Source: Paraspadella gotoi
Taxonomy: Eukaryota > Animalia > Chaetognatha
DNA: 64,000 nt
Assembly (NCBI GenBank): GCA_051294375.1
Contig: CM119269.1
Span: 16,575,818 to 16,639,817, forward strand
Direction: 5' to 3'
Shown here: positions 63,705-64,000 of the stretch, piece by piece
How the letters are laid out: each line of letters opens with the position of its first letter
Numbering within the stretch: position 1 is the first letter of the stretch
Position numbers and translations under genes: made by a program
The notes under the pieces: model-generated
The model's input: only the letters and a program-made list of their open reading frames with translations
Databases searched by the model: none
Told to the model about the DNA's origin: nothing

Positions 63705-63953
63705 CTACTGAGGGTTGGGTAAGTGAGAAACTTGGGGAATAGGCTGGGGACGGTAACCGATTCGCTGTTGAACCAATCCGGCGACGTTGGCCTTTCGGGT
63801 GACAAGATCTGGAAGCTTGGAAGGACCTGGAGAGGGTTCAATTGAAGAGTCTGTGCAGGAATTGTGGGCGGCGTCGCGTTCGGCTTTAGCGTCATCAAAC
63901 TCCTTGGCGTTGTCCATATTCAATTCGATTCGCGTGGGAGGCCGACGGAACAT
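63705..63953 (-). CDS. CDC26: Anaphase-promoting complex subunit CDC26 (APC12)
   Basis: Short ORF, ATG at 63953, starting MFRRPPTRIELNMDNAKEF. This matches the conserved CDC26 N-terminus (MLRRKPTRLEL..DD..EF), followed by a low-complexity tail. Confidence 0.8.
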   Translation of the reverse strand: MFRRPPTRIELNMDNAKEFDDAKAERDAAHNSCTDSSIEPSPGPSKLPDLVTRKANVAGLVQQRIGYRPQPIPQVSHLPNPQ

Positions 63954-64000
63954 GTTCAAAACGTTCAGGATACATTTAAACGCCGAGAAATAAGTGGTAG

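Overview
Eukaryotic (animal-like) genomic DNA, AT-rich and full of (GA)n/(CT)n microsatellites, with three N gaps. The left ~40 kb is essentially non-coding. It holds microsatellites, minisatellites, MITE/SINE/LINE remnants and a ~5.4-6.2 kb tandem duplication whose second copy looks like an uncorrected long read. The right ~24 kb holds six genes, all on the minus strand. In transcription order they are CDC26, NKAP, an unknown 8-exon RGG-box protein, an 11-exon BTB + 8 C2H2 zinc-finger protein (~1200 aa), SWT1 (WW + PIN) and a 3-exon Ig-domain receptor tyrosine kinase (~1001 aa). Several neighbours are only 116-182 nt apart, with acceptor-like AG sites just before the ATG, which is an operon / trans-splicing-like layout. 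The most striking structure is a 2.3 kb non-autonomous DIRS-like (tyrosine-recombinase retrotransposon) element in the RTK intron. It has short inverted termini and an internal copy of its own circle junction (ICR), placed unusually near the 5' end of a possibly spliced gag-like ORF. Gene models were hand-spliced from the sequence and no database searches were run.
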